A DNA stretch of 64,000 nucleotides from Candidatus Levyibacteriota bacterium. GTDB taxonomy: Bacteria > Patescibacteriota > Microgenomatia > Levybacterales > UBA12049. The position numbers and the translations under genes were made by a program. The stretch covers positions 618,815 to 682,814 of the forward strand of contig CAWBPM010000002.1 of assembly GCA_963790825.1 (NCBI GenBank). The letters are read 5' to 3'. Positions 9,315 to 19,771 of the stretch are shown here, piece after piece. Below the pieces are notes generated by a model. The model was not told where the DNA came from and did no database searches. It was given only the letters and a program-made list of their open reading frames with translations. Within the stretch, counting starts at the first letter, position 1. Every line of letters begins with the position of its first letter.

Positions 9315-9794
9315 ATGAACACTAAGGAAAACCCAATGAGGAATAACTTTCAAATTAATACTCGCGGTAATATTTCTTCAATTGAATGGAGATTACCAAG
9401 TTTATTAAATTATACCTCATTCAAAACAATTCTTGCAACAATTATCGAGCAAAATTCTTTAAGTCTCATCGGAATGAGAGTGCATAAAGATATCTATAAT
9501 AACTATGATGAAGCCGGAAAACCTAAAATAAAAAGTCTATACTTGGATTTCGACACCGAAGACATCAGAAAAACACTCGCGGAAAAAGATACTACTGATC
9601 AAGCAATTTACTTACAAATTCACGCTTGGAATATCGTCGGTGCAGAAAAAATAGTTTTCTATAAAACAATTGGCGACAATATCCAAGCTATTCCTCAAGA
9701 AGAACCGAAAATTCACTTAACAGAAACTTCACCCGATGCTTTTAAGCAATATATTACTGCTTCCGAGGAGCTAAAAGGATTGGATATGCTTTAA
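9315..9794 (+). CDS. hypothetical protein
   Basis: 159-aa ORF filling the gap between proS and gnd. Confidence 0.6.
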   Translation: MNTKENPMRNNFQINTRGNISSIEWRLPSLLNYTSFKTILATIIEQNSLSLIGMRVHKDIYNNYDEAGKPKIKSLYLDFDTEDIRKTLAEKDTTDQAIYLQIHAWNIVGAEKIVFYKTIGDNIQAIPQEEPKIHLTETSPDAFKQYITASEELKGLDML

Positions 9795-10732
9795 CGCTTT
9801 GTAACTTTGTGTCCACCAAATTCGCGGCGCAAAGCTGCCACCATCTTCGCGGCAAAGGAATTTTGAATGTTTTCGTCTGTTTGTGATTTTCTTCGAAATG
9901 AAAGTGATTCCTCGATAACCGGTACCGGTACTTTTTCTTTTTTTGCAGCTGTTATTGTCCACTCTGCTTCCCCTGTCGCATCTACAATGCCGACAATATC
10001 CGATAACTCCCGATCTTTTTCTAAAGCGTCTTTTGCCCGGTCGATCAGAAAACTTGAGATAATGGTTCCCTTTTGCCAAACTTTAGTAACTTGCAAAAGA
10101 TTGAAATTATACTTCGATTTTTCTAAAACTCCGAAACCCTCGCCGATTGATTGCATCATGCCGTACTCTATTCCGTTATGCACCATTTTTACGAAATGTC
10201 CTGCTCCGCCTGTCCCAAAATACTGATGTCTCCCATTTGGTTTGGCCAAACTATCTAGAATAGGTTTGATATACTTATATGCACTCCTCGTTCCGCCGAC
10301 CATCATCGGGTACCCGTTCTTTTCGGCCATGATTCCCCCCGAAACACCGATTCCTAAATAGGATATATTTTGTGATCTAAAATCAACAAATCGCCTTTCT
10401 GTATCTAGATAATTTGAATTACCTCCATCAATCACAATATCGTCTTTTTTCGCGTATTTTTTAATTTCCTGAAGAGCTGTCTCTGTCGGCTGTCCGGATG
10501 GAAGCATCAACCAAACAATACGAGGTTTTCCTAGATTTTGCATGAGTTCTTCAATCGTTTGGGTAGTTATCAAATTTTTTAATGCTTTTGGTTGCATTTT
10601 TTTTATCTCCCTTGCAAATTCTTCAGTAACAGTATATGTCCTATTCCAGACAACGACAGAAAAGCCCTTTCTAAGAAGTTTCTCCGCTATTCTCGCTCCC
10701 ATTTTCCCAAGTCCTAAAATTGCAATTTGCAT
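9791..10732 (-). CDS. gnd: 6-phosphogluconate dehydrogenase (short, decarboxylating)
   Basis: GLGKMG, IDGGNS, GVSGG, GAGHFVKMVHNGIEYG, ALRREFGGH. Confidence 0.96.
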   Translation of the reverse strand: MQIAILGLGKMGARIAEKLLRKGFSVVVWNRTYTVTEEFAREIKKMQPKALKNLITTQTIEELMQNLGKPRIVWLMLPSGQPTETALQEIKKYAKKDDIVIDGGNSNYLDTERRFVDFRSQNISYLGIGVSGGIMAEKNGYPMMVGGTRSAYKYIKPILDSLAKPNGRHQYFGTGGAGHFVKMVHNGIEYGMMQSIGEGFGVLEKSKYNFNLLQVTKVWQKGTIISSFLIDRAKDALEKDRELSDIVGIVDATGEAEWTITAAKKEKVPVPVIEESLSFRRKSQTDENIQNSFAAKMVAALRREFGGHKVTKR

Positions 10733-10736
10733 AAAT

Positions 10737-12212
10737 TTACAGCCACTTTCTCCCGTCTTTTTCGATTAAATCGTTTGCCTGCTTAGGACCAGTCGAATTA
10801 TCTTTATACGAATACAGCGGAACTTTTGACCTTTCCCACCCCTTAAGAATTCCTGTAATAAATGTCCAGGAACTGACGAGCTCATCCGACCGATTAAACA
10901 GCATTTGATCCCCTGAGAAAATATCGAGGAGAACTTTCTCATACGCATCCAACAAATGATGTTCCTCATGTTCTTTATAGGCAAATTTCATATCAATAGT
11001 TTCCAGAGAAAGACGGGAACCAGGCGTTTTCGCAATGATGCGAATTTGAATTCCTTCATCCGGTTGGATGCGAAAGGTAATCACGTTCCCGACTTCCGGA
11101 CAACCGTATTCTTTAAATAAAATGTGACAGGTCTGTCTGAAAACGACTGAAATCTCCATCATTTCTTTTGGCATTTTTTTGCCAGCCCTCAAATAAAACG
11201 GAATGTATGCAAAGCGCGGATTATCTAAAAATAACTTCATTGCTACGTACGTCTCTGTTTTTGAACCAGGGAGTACATCCTTCTCATTTCTATAGCTCTC
11301 GTATTGAGCCCGTACAACTGTATTCTCTACCTCCTGTGGGTTAACGCAAACTAATGATTTGATCGCATCCGACCTGACATCTCTGATTGCTTCTTTCTCA
11401 AAACTCTTCGGCTGCTCCATCGCAATAGCCGACAGTAACTGCATCAAATGATTTTGCCCTACATCCCGAAGGATTCCAACCCCGTCAAAAAATTTACCCC
11501 TTTTGCCGACTCCTTCTCTTTCCATCCAGGTAATTTGTATGTGATCAATATGTTCTTTGTTCCACATGGGCTCGAAAATTCCATTTGCGAAACGAAACGC
11601 CAAGAGATTCTGCACTGTTTCTTTGCCTAGATAGTGGTCAACCCGGAAAATTTGTTTTTCACTAAAAATCTCCGCTAATTTTCCATCCAGCATCTGTGCT
11701 GTTTCTACGTCTTTTCCAAACGGTTTCTCAATAACAATCTTGATCCCCTGCCCGCTAGTGCCAGCCAGGGGTTGTGGCAGGCGGGATTTATTAGATCCCA
11801 ATTTCGTACTATTTAAATACCGCAGGATATCCGAATAGTGATCCGGCGGCGTCGCGAGATAAAAAATCCGCGCAATATATGCGCCAATTTCTTTATCAAA
11901 CCCATTTAATTTCCGAGCGAGCTCATTATAACCTGCGACCTCGTTAAATACTCCTTGTTGATAATAAATATTTTTACTAAATTTTGCCCAAGCCGCTTTA
12001 TCCTCCGGTTTCATTTCCTCAGCCAAAAGTTCCCGAAATGCAACGTCTTTAAACGAACGCCTGGCAAATCCGACAATATAAAACTTTTCCCCCAATTGCT
12101 TTTTTTTATAGAGAGAGAAAAATGCAGGGAACAATTTATGAAGGGATAAGTCCCCAGTCGCGCCGAAAATTATCATAACAAAGGGGTTCTGCGGAAGCGG
12201 AGAATTTTCCAT
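10737..12212 (-). CDS. zwf: glucose-6-phosphate 1-dehydrogenase
   Basis: IFGATGDL, IEKPFG, RVDHYLGKE, RDVGQNHLMQ, FYLRAGK. Confidence 0.97.
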   Translation of the reverse strand: MENSPLPQNPFVMIIFGATGDLSLHKLFPAFFSLYKKKQLGEKFYIVGFARRSFKDVAFRELLAEEMKPEDKAAWAKFSKNIYYQQGVFNEVAGYNELARKLNGFDKEIGAYIARIFYLATPPDHYSDILRYLNSTKLGSNKSRLPQPLAGTSGQGIKIVIEKPFGKDVETAQMLDGKLAEIFSEKQIFRVDHYLGKETVQNLLAFRFANGIFEPMWNKEHIDHIQITWMEREGVGKRGKFFDGVGILRDVGQNHLMQLLSAIAMEQPKSFEKEAIRDVRSDAIKSLVCVNPQEVENTVVRAQYESYRNEKDVLPGSKTETYVAMKLFLDNPRFAYIPFYLRAGKKMPKEMMEISVVFRQTCHILFKEYGCPEVGNVITFRIQPDEGIQIRIIAKTPGSRLSLETIDMKFAYKEHEEHHLLDAYEKVLLDIFSGDQMLFNRSDELVSSWTFITGILKGWERSKVPLYSYKDNSTGPKQANDLIEKDGRKWL

Positions 12213-12261
12213 TGCTAAATTATAAACTGTTACTAGGAAAAGATAAAGTCCTTATTTTGTT

Positions 12262-12906
12262 TTATTTTCTTTTCGTCTGTTCTTTCCATCTATACCATAA
12301 ATATTCACGAGAATCAAAAATCTCGAGTCCTCTAAATGGATTTCGGAAGGGTGATATATCAGGAACCGAGCAATAAACTTTTTCAGCTATATTTTTTAAA
12401 CTATATGGCGCCACACCAAGTGTCTCAATGTTTTCAAGTAGTTGTTTTTCCTCCTGGCTATATTCTTCTACTATATGTCCTTCTTTATACACGAGAACCG
12501 ATATTTCCGGATAGTGCATGTGCAAACTGTGTCTGGCTTCAATTGAAGTAGCAAATGCGCGTAGGCTATCAGCTTTTTTATCTTTAGTTCGAATTCCTTT
12601 CCCTTCTTCAACATACGTAGCCCACTGGCCTGCAGGCGCATGATACGTATTATATATTGTATATACACTTGGAGACCAAGAAATACTACCTACGAAATTC
12701 CCAGAAGTTCCTGTTCCGCCTTCCCTAACTACCGTATCTATAGATACACCAAGGGCTTTCCTTTCTTGAGCCAAATAAATAAGATACTCCAGTGAATCGG
12801 TAAATGTAGGAAGCAACGCATCTTTATCTTCCCTAAACTTTATTATTTGTTCATGAATAAAACCTTTTAATAGTTCCATAACACGCTCCCAGCTGTAAAA
12901 ATACAA
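12262..12906 (-). CDS. hypothetical protein
   Basis: 214-aa ORF; start uncertain (an internal ATG giving MELLKG is likely). Confidence 0.55.
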   Translation of the reverse strand: MYFYSWERVMELLKGFIHEQIIKFREDKDALLPTFTDSLEYLIYLAQERKALGVSIDTVVREGGTGTSGNFVGSISWSPSVYTIYNTYHAPAGQWATYVEEGKGIRTKDKKADSLRAFATSIEARHSLHMHYPEISVLVYKEGHIVEEYSQEEKQLLENIETLGVAPYSLKNIAEKVYCSVPDISPFRNPFRGLEIFDSREYLWYRWKEQTKRK

Positions 12907-13065
12907 AAACCTCCCATACAGGAGGCTATAATTCTACGGACTTACAACCTCCCTAAGGAAGAATGTAAAGTTGAATCAAATGCGCGGATTTCATGAGTAT
13001 GAGTATAGCAAGTAGAATTGTATTAGGCAAGTTATATAGAGGAGTATAATGATGAGTATACTATA

Positions 13066-14166
13066 GTGGAACAAAATACTATTCGGAAAACAGCACAAAT
13101 TGAGGAAAAAAATTATCGCTTTTCGGCAGATGTGATTCGGGTCCTGGCAATTTCCGGGGTAGTACTGATTCATACTGCAAATGCGGTATATGCAAGACCT
13201 GATTTTTTCGCAGGAGTTTCCTGGTGGATTACTATTGTTTTAAACTCAATATCCCGCAGCGCAATCCCACTTTTTATTATGCTCAGCGGATACTTCTTGC
13301 TCAATAAACATGAATCGTTTATAAAGTCTTTGAAGCGTCTGACCAATCGTATTCTTATACCACTTTTCTTTTGGTTTATCGTTAATATTCTCTGGAATGG
13401 AGGAAGCCCTACACTAGCTACTATAAATTTATCTATAATTTCCAGATTGTTTACGGTAAATGTATTTGACCTCTATTTTCTTATAATTCTTGCGGGACTT
13501 TATCTCGTTTCCCCGATGCTTAGAATATATTTACAAAAAGAAAATTACGCTGTGTAAAAGAAGTTTACCTTATTTGCTTTATTAGCCGGTGTACTCATCT
13601 ACATAGGTCAATATCTCTTTTATCAATGCTCAGCTCTCAATTTTTTTATCTATTGGCTGCCTTATACCGGATTATTTGTAGCCGGATATTTTTTTGGAAA
13701 CGTAAAAAATCTGAAAAGAACAAAAATTTTGCTAAGCGTGTACTCTGTTGCATTATTAGCAACAATTTTTTTGAGCTTTGTATATTACCTCTTACATAAC
13801 AGTGGGAATCATTCACTCGACTCACGTGGTTGTCTCAGCTATTATTCTGATTCTTATCTAAGTGTCAATGTGGTTCTTATGAGTGTTTGCGCATTCATCC
13901 TATTGATTCGACTTCAATTTCAATCAGCCCGTCCGTTGATTCGTAATCTTATTTTTTCTATTGCGAGAACTTCACTGGGAATATATGTACTTCACACATT
14001 TTTTCTGGATATCTTTGACGGGAGACTGCATGCATTTGATCATATAGCTCCGGCCTGGATATATATTTTCCTAAAATGGTTTGTAATCTTTACGCTGTCT
14101 TATCTTAGCACTCTGATTCTTATAAAAATTCCAATGTTCAAAAGAGTCTTCGGAGTTGCTAAATGA
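13066..14166 (+). pseudogene. acyltransferase-3 (OafA/WecH-like) interrupted by a single in-frame TAA at 13555-13557
   Basis: DVIRVLAISGVVLIH, AIPLFIMLSGYFLL, SLGIYVLH; ORFs 13066 and 13729 are in the same frame and the intervening codons are open (KKFTLFALL...PYTGLFVAGYFFG). Confidence 0.85.
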
Positions 14167-14268
14167 AGCTCCTGGGCCTTACGATCGGCCTTTCCATTCA
14201 TACTTCAGGGGAGAAAAATTCCTCTGAGGTCCCGCTGAGCGGGAATAAGAGACATAAAGTAGTCCAAA

Positions 14269-14970
14269 CTATTGGGCTTTAAACTGGGTTATTGCCCGAT
14301 GCTGATTAAACGGAGCCGGACTTATTTGTCTAACCGCCAAACCACTGTCGTCATTGATGTCTTGTAACAGACCGCCATTATCGGCAACTGTCTGTAAATC
14401 TGAAACTAAAATTACCGCTGTTTTTCTAAGTGTAGGAGGAATTTCCCGATTTAAACCTTTAACTGTCTCATTAAAATCAGACGTCCAATACCTTTCCGGT
14501 TTGGGCTGGTCGCTCATTGGTTGCGTTGCCCGAAAAAACAACACTCTTGCCGGATCAATACCAATTGTTTTAAGATAATCTACATTAATTTTATAGCCGG
14601 TTTCTTCTTCCCTCAGTCTTCCGTTGCTTGTTTTGGTTTTCGCTACGGTAACTTCCTCGCCAAATAAACCGGACGTGTCTCCTTGAAATCTTTTGCTTCG
14701 CTCGGACGATATCAGATTGTTAAAATTTCCCGTATGTTCAATATATTCACTAAGCAGCGCATCATGATTCCGGATTTCAGAAGGTAACGCATGAAATAAA
14801 TCAGGATCATGAAAATATTCGGTGGTAAAAGGGTTTACCCTAGCTCCCTTCGCCTCCAAATCAGCTTCAAGCGAGTCAATATGTGCATCTACAGCAGGAT
14901 CATGTCGTACTTTGTTAACAAACTCAATACCTTTGAAAAATGGATTCTCTCCCGATCCTTCCTCTGGCAT
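14269..14970 (-). CDS. hypothetical protein
   Basis: Likely start ATG 14970 (MPEEGS), 6 nt after TGCTATACT. Confidence 0.7.
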   Translation of the reverse strand: MPEEGSGENPFFKGIEFVNKVRHDPAVDAHIDSLEADLEAKGARVNPFTTEYFHDPDLFHALPSEIRNHDALLSEYIEHTGNFNNLISSERSKRFQGDTSGLFGEEVTVAKTKTSNGRLREEETGYKINVDYLKTIGIDPARVLFFRATQPMSDQPKPERYWTSDFNETVKGLNREIPPTLRKTAVILVSDLQTVADNGGLLQDINDDSGLAVRQISPAPFNQHRAITQFKAQ

Positions 14971-15203
14971 ATCATTAGTATAGCAGAATTTATTAATTGT
15001 CCTATTGGTTGTATTTGTGCTAAGTTGTAAAGAAAAATAAGTTCTGGAAAAACGGTACTGTTGCCGATTTATTCGCTGGTCAGTAGCGTATTTCCAAAAA
15101 GAAGTATATCTCCCCATTCTGAAAAATCGCTGAAGAGGTTACAGCAAAAATATTTTCGAGAGAAATATTTTAATCTTATTCTCCTCAGTGCTATACTAAT
15201 TAC

Positions 15204-15626
15204 ATGTCGTGGTTAATTTATGCCCTGCTTTCAGCTCTGTTTGCCGCACTCACCGCTATCTTGGCAAAAATTGGCATACAAAATGTAGATTCAAATCTCG
15301 CAACAGCCATACGAACAGTTGTCATTTTGTTTTTCGCCTGGGGAATTGTTTTCTGGCAAGGAACAGCAAGTAAAATATCATCAATATCCCGCTTCTCTCT
15401 CATCTTCCTTATACTTTCAGGCATAGCAACCGGCATATCATGGCTATTTTATTTTCGGGCATTGCAAATAGGAAAAGCTTCACAAGTCGCTCCGATCGAT
15501 AAATTAAGCCTCATTATTACGATTATTCTCGCCGTAGTCATTTTAAAAGAAAAAGTCACTCTTACTATAGTAATAGGCGGAATACTTATGGGAATAGGAG
15601 CTGTACTCGTGGGTCTGGGAAACTAA
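15204..15626 (+). CDS. EamA/DMT family transporter (single domain)
   Basis: ALFAALTAILAKIG...DSNLATAIRT, SWLFYFRALQ, VAPIDKLS. Confidence 0.93.
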   Translation: MSWLIYALLSALFAALTAILAKIGIQNVDSNLATAIRTVVILFFAWGIVFWQGTASKISSISRFSLIFLILSGIATGISWLFYFRALQIGKASQVAPIDKLSLIITIILAVVILKEKVTLTIVIGGILMGIGAVLVGLGN

Positions 15627-15632
15627 TTATGC

Positions 15633-16394
15633 TTAGCCCCGCCTGGTAATCCTGGTTATATTTAATCTTTCTTCTTCTATAAATCGTTGCATCCATTCTA
15701 TGCTACCTTTAAGATTTCCCCGTAGACCTTCCTCTCCTTCTCTAGTCATGAACTGTGGTCTAATGAGATGGCTTAAATCCTTTAAATCGTCTCCCGCAAA
15801 ATCCTCCAGTCCATAATGTCTCCTATCTCTCGGCCTCCAATAGGTCCCTAGTTTTTTCTTTGCTTCTTCGTAATCGAGATGAATTTGTGCCAGGCGTTGA
15901 TTGGGATAAACCACTACGTGAGTGTGTCTCCAGTATGGAACTTCTTCAGCTATTTTCTGGGATATACCTGACTTAATACCTGATCTGACAAATGCATCAT
16001 GGTCTGCTTCAACCACTCTCATCATTGTTCCGTCTTGTTTAAGTCCTACTACTTCACGAAATTCCCAGTTCCCGAGATTTATTCCGAGGTTTCCATAATC
16101 ACTAGCACGATTTTTAAGCCCGAGAAATAGAGGTTGTGGATGTAAATCATCAAGTTTCCCATTTGCGTATTGATTTATTTCTTCCGCAGTGTGTAAATCA
16201 TGTGCCGGACCGATAGCTACACTGGCAATCTCCAGTAAATCTGTTCGACCCGTTGCCGGCGGACGTATATTGACTCCAACGATTGCCTTATCTACTTTGA
16301 AGCGCTGAATAATCTCATTAAGAACAAGCGGGTGTGCATTTAGCTGTTCCCCAGATACGTCCGGCAGTGAGAAAAGGGGTTGTGTTTCAAGCAT
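15633..16394 (-). CDS. hypothetical protein
   Basis: 253-aa ORF, no recognisable motif. Confidence 0.7.
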   Translation of the reverse strand: MLETQPLFSLPDVSGEQLNAHPLVLNEIIQRFKVDKAIVGVNIRPPATGRTDLLEIASVAIGPAHDLHTAEEINQYANGKLDDLHPQPLFLGLKNRASDYGNLGINLGNWEFREVVGLKQDGTMMRVVEADHDAFVRSGIKSGISQKIAEEVPYWRHTHVVVYPNQRLAQIHLDYEEAKKKLGTYWRPRDRRHYGLEDFAGDDLKDLSHLIRPQFMTREGEEGLRGNLKGSIEWMQRFIEEERLNITRITRRG

Positions 16395-16636
16395 ATAGGC
16401 TTAATTTCTTACGATTATAACACTAAATTAGCAGATTGCAATAGCGTAATTCTATCTAATATTTGGCTACTTTAGGAGCGATCCGGGAGAAACTCAGGGA
16501 TTTATTACGAGTAAATTTTTAAACAGGTTTTGCACGGTGAATATCTCCTGATTTCTTTAAAAGGACGAGGCAACAGCATACAGCTTGTGAATGTCAATAA
16601 ATAATTTGCCGGATATTGAGGATAAAAACGGCCACT

Positions 16637-16984
16637 TTATTTATTAATGAACTTGTGGATTTTCTTTTTATCAGTATTTTTAAATAAGCAAACCCTGGCT
16701 GTTTCGTCAGTATCCATTATCCCGCCATCTTTCCCTCCCCTATATACTCTAAATCTTATTTCCCCTTCTTCCGCTTTGTTATGTTCCTTACGAAAAAGAG
16801 TAAAAGGGTACATAGCTAAACCAATACCTATTCCCGCTACTAGGCATACTCCGACTACAGATTCGGGTATGTTCACTGCCAGATGTAATAACGCATGCGC
16901 GTAAGAGCCGATTGAGGACTGGAGTTCTGACCACGCCGTTTCAGATTGTTGTAAAGGAGGTATTGACTCCGAATTCATTTGCAA
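16637..16984 (-). CDS. hypothetical membrane protein
   Basis: 115-aa ORF with one hydrophobic segment; TGCTATAAT just upstream. Confidence 0.55.
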   Translation of the reverse strand: MQMNSESIPPLQQSETAWSELQSSIGSYAHALLHLAVNIPESVVGVCLVAGIGIGLAMYPFTLFRKEHNKAEEGEIRFRVYRGGKDGGIMDTDETARVCLFKNTDKKKIHKFINK

Positions 16985-16998
16985 ATTATAGCATTAAC

Positions 16999-17208
16999 TC
17001 ATTTGCTTTTCATATTGTTTTCGAGGCGAAAAATTAGCCGGTCTGAGTTTGCTGCAGCTAATCTATACCCCCAATCAGGATCTTCTCCTATGGGATTACA
17101 AGGAGCCGGACAAAAAACTCCTTTTAATTGACTTAGGTTGGGTATGGGAACTTTTACAATATGCCCATCTCCCCAATCAATATATTTCACTCGTTTTTCT
17201 TGATTCAC
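16999..17208 (-). CDS. small hypothetical protein
   Basis: 69-aa ORF, GTG start after TATAAT. Confidence 0.4.
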   Translation of the reverse strand: MNQEKRVKYIDWGDGHIVKVPIPNLSQLKGVFCPAPCNPIGEDPDWGYRLAAANSDRLIFRLENNMKSK

Positions 17209-17265
17209 AAACGTGAATTATAGTATAAGAGCAAAATTTTGGGACGAAAAATGAGTTTTTTATTT

Positions 17266-17988
17266 TTATGACTGTATACTACTTTCTGTTTGTTTCTCTG
17301 CGTCTTGACCAGAATTTCCATGACGAGCATAGGATATTGAAGCTGCATAGAAAAAAGCAGACGGGATAGCTTGAACTACTCCCATAAGTGGTTTGTCAGC
17401 AATAAACCATAATAATGAGACGCCTAGAAATATTGTCCCTGAAGCTGCATGTAGCTTTGACTCAACAGGTAAATTACGAACCGACTGGAAAAGAGTTACT
17501 CCTGTCTTCTTCAACTCCTCCGCTGGTAAGGCTAAACTTTGATCTGGAAGCGTAGTCACCAGATCTTTCTCACTATGCTCTGGCTCTGTATTTTTTGAAA
17601 CATAATAATAGGTAAACGACGGATCTATGGGGTCCGGTTCCCGAGTAATTTCTATCCCAGCTCTGTGTAGCTCTCTCGCCAGTTGCGGATCACCGGATCC
17701 ATCAACATTAAGCAGTTTCGGATACCTATCGTGAAAAAAACGTACTTCGCCAGTCTCGTCCGGTTCAAATGTTTCTTCCGTATATGTGGTGATGCAACGA
17801 AAACTTGTACCGTTCGGTCGTATTTGCTCTACCCTTCCTAGCGAAACAGTCAAATCAGCTCCAAGTGTATCAAGCGGAATACCAGATACTTCCCCCCTGC
17901 TGCCATCGGCATGGATAGAAGTTTTCTTCGCATAGCCCCAAATCGCTACATCTCCTACTTGTAATCCCAGCTGTTCTCTCGTCGCCAT
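17266..17988 (-). CDS. hypothetical protein with C-terminal TM helices
   Basis: Start ATG 17988 (MATREQ), 7 nt after TATAAT. Confidence 0.65.
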   Translation of the reverse strand: MATREQLGLQVGDVAIWGYAKKTSIHADGSRGEVSGIPLDTLGADLTVSLGRVEQIRPNGTSFRCITTYTEETFEPDETGEVRFFHDRYPKLLNVDGSGDPQLARELHRAGIEITREPDPIDPSFTYYYVSKNTEPEHSEKDLVTTLPDQSLALPAEELKKTGVTLFQSVRNLPVESKLHAASGTIFLGVSLLWFIADKPLMGVVQAIPSAFFYAASISYARHGNSGQDAEKQTESSIQS

Positions 17989-18230
17989 GGAGAGGATTAT
18001 AACCCTGCCAACCTCTTCGGTCAACAACAAACTCTATTTAGCAAAGACTACTTTCGGAGAAAAGCCGCAAATCTATTTCATAAGGACGGTGACAGACAGT
18101 TCCGAAAATCAAATTCCGCAGCGCTTGGCACTCCTAAGAACATTTTTTGCAGAACGAGAAGATGCTCGATAATATTTACATCTCATGCATTGACACGCTC
18201 AGTCTCGTATGTCAGTATTAGTAGCATATA

Positions 18231-18662
18231 ATGGATAACCCAACTCAAGATGATATTCCCATGGCGCCTCAAAATACCTCTCTGATTCAAAATATTTTAG
18301 TAATTGGCTTTTTCATTTTAGGCATATGGACTACCTATCTCGGCTTGACATTTACCTTTACATCAATACAGACAATATTAGCTGCAGTACTTTATTTAAT
18401 TAGTATTAATTTATTATTTATTTTATTTTTTAAAAATATTTCTTCCCAAGTAAAAATAAGGACAGGATCGCTAATGAGTTATCTCAGTAAGACAAAGTAT
18501 CTACGCCTCCTTTCTATCTTTCTTCTTAATATTTTTGCTACAGTAAATTTTACTTATAATTGGTTCCATTATGCTGGAGCAATGGTATATATTAGCCTCC
18601 AATTTGCATTCGCGATAATCCTATCCTTCTTGGCATATCTTCTGTATAAAAGAATAGATTAA
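18231..18662 (+). CDS. hypothetical 4-TM membrane protein
   Basis: Four hydrophobic segments; TTGACA upstream. Confidence 0.7.
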   Translation: MDNPTQDDIPMAPQNTSLIQNILVIGFFILGIWTTYLGLTFTFTSIQTILAAVLYLISINLLFILFFKNISSQVKIRTGSLMSYLSKTKYLRLLSIFLLNIFATVNFTYNWFHYAGAMVYISLQFAFAIILSFLAYLLYKRID

Positions 18663-18884
18663 TGAGGACGAGAAGCGAGCTGATTTAAGTTTTAAAATTT
18701 ATCCTTGCGTAATACTAACTGCCACCCTCCAGGTAGTCCAGCTTGACACCTATTCTTCCGTAGGTCAAACGGAAAACATCCCCAATATCTTCCCTTTTCA
18801 TTCCTGCCTATTTCTCCAAAAGAGTTCTTTGTTAAGCAAAGTTTTTTGTTGACTGGTCGCTTTGGTTGGGTTTATAATCCCTCC

Positions 18885-19592
18885 ATGCCGGATGCAAGAG
18901 AACAATTAATACTGCCTCGCCTAGATCAAGTGCCATGTGTCCCGCCTAGTCCTGATGCGATTCCTCCTCGCGAATATCGGACGAGCCCGGAATATGAACA
19001 CTTACTTACTTCTACCTGGACTGTACTCGAAGATGCACAAAGAAATGCAAAAATTGATGGGTTTATTTGCGTATCGGAAACACAGGCAGGAAAAATAATT
19101 GCCTATTGGCAAGAAAGGCTTGACAGGTTTCGAGACAGATCAAGTACGCCGGAAAGTATCGGACCTCATTGGGCTCATTCTTTCAGAGAAAAACGAGAAA
19201 GAGCCACCTGGGCTGCTGCGTATGGTGATGAAGCGTTGAGGTTCCAAGCAGATTACTTAGGACAAAATTTTTACCACGCAACTTTAGAAAGAGGACTTGA
19301 TGAAACTGAACGAACTGAAGAGATAGACGGTGAGTCAAAAGATATAGGAAAAGATTATGACAGTATCGCTTTCACAAGTAGAAAAAACTATACTCTTCCG
19401 CCCGACCTTTATTTAACCTCCTTGGTTGGTGGTAAAGGAAAGTATCTATTTGATACAAAAAGTCATATACAAATTAGGGATGGAAGAATAGTCAGCTTTC
19501 AAAGAACTGAAAGGAGTAGAGAAAAAGCAGATGAGAAGTCAGAGTACTTTAAAAACTTTGAGGGCAATATTTCCCTTAGTGTCGATGTGTAA
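18885..19592 (+). CDS. hypothetical protein (frame stays open past the TAA to 19661)
   Basis: Start ATG 18885 (MPDARE), 6 nt after TATAAT. Confidence 0.7.
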   Translation: MPDAREQLILPRLDQVPCVPPSPDAIPPREYRTSPEYEHLLTSTWTVLEDAQRNAKIDGFICVSETQAGKIIAYWQERLDRFRDRSSTPESIGPHWAHSFREKRERATWAAAYGDEALRFQADYLGQNFYHATLERGLDETERTEEIDGESKDIGKDYDSIAFTSRKNYTLPPDLYLTSLVGGKGKYLFDTKSHIQIRDGRIVSFQRTERSREKADEKSEYFKNFEGNISLSVDV

Positions 19593-19771
19593 CCCGAATA
19601 CCAAGAACCTAGATTCTATGATGATTCTTATGATGATTCTCTGGATGAAAGTTTAGATTAAATTTTAAAGAGAGCTAAATAAACTTATACGACCGCGGAT
19701 TTTTGGGCTTGTACTTCCACATAGATATAATCGCTCTACAAGTAATTTAAAACCAAAATTTTATTGACTTC

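Noticed and set aside
9771-10769. Alternative-frame ORFs over gnd (and similar ones over other conserved genes)
   Set aside because: They overlap well-supported genes and show no protein motifs.
13555-13557. Stop-codon reassignment (TAA read as sense)
   Set aside because: TAA, TAG and TGA all terminate clearly conserved genes in this window, and Trp is encoded by TGG.
14269-19592. Prophage or classical integron
   Set aside because: No integrase, phage structural genes or attC RYYYAAC/GTTRRRY pattern recognised.
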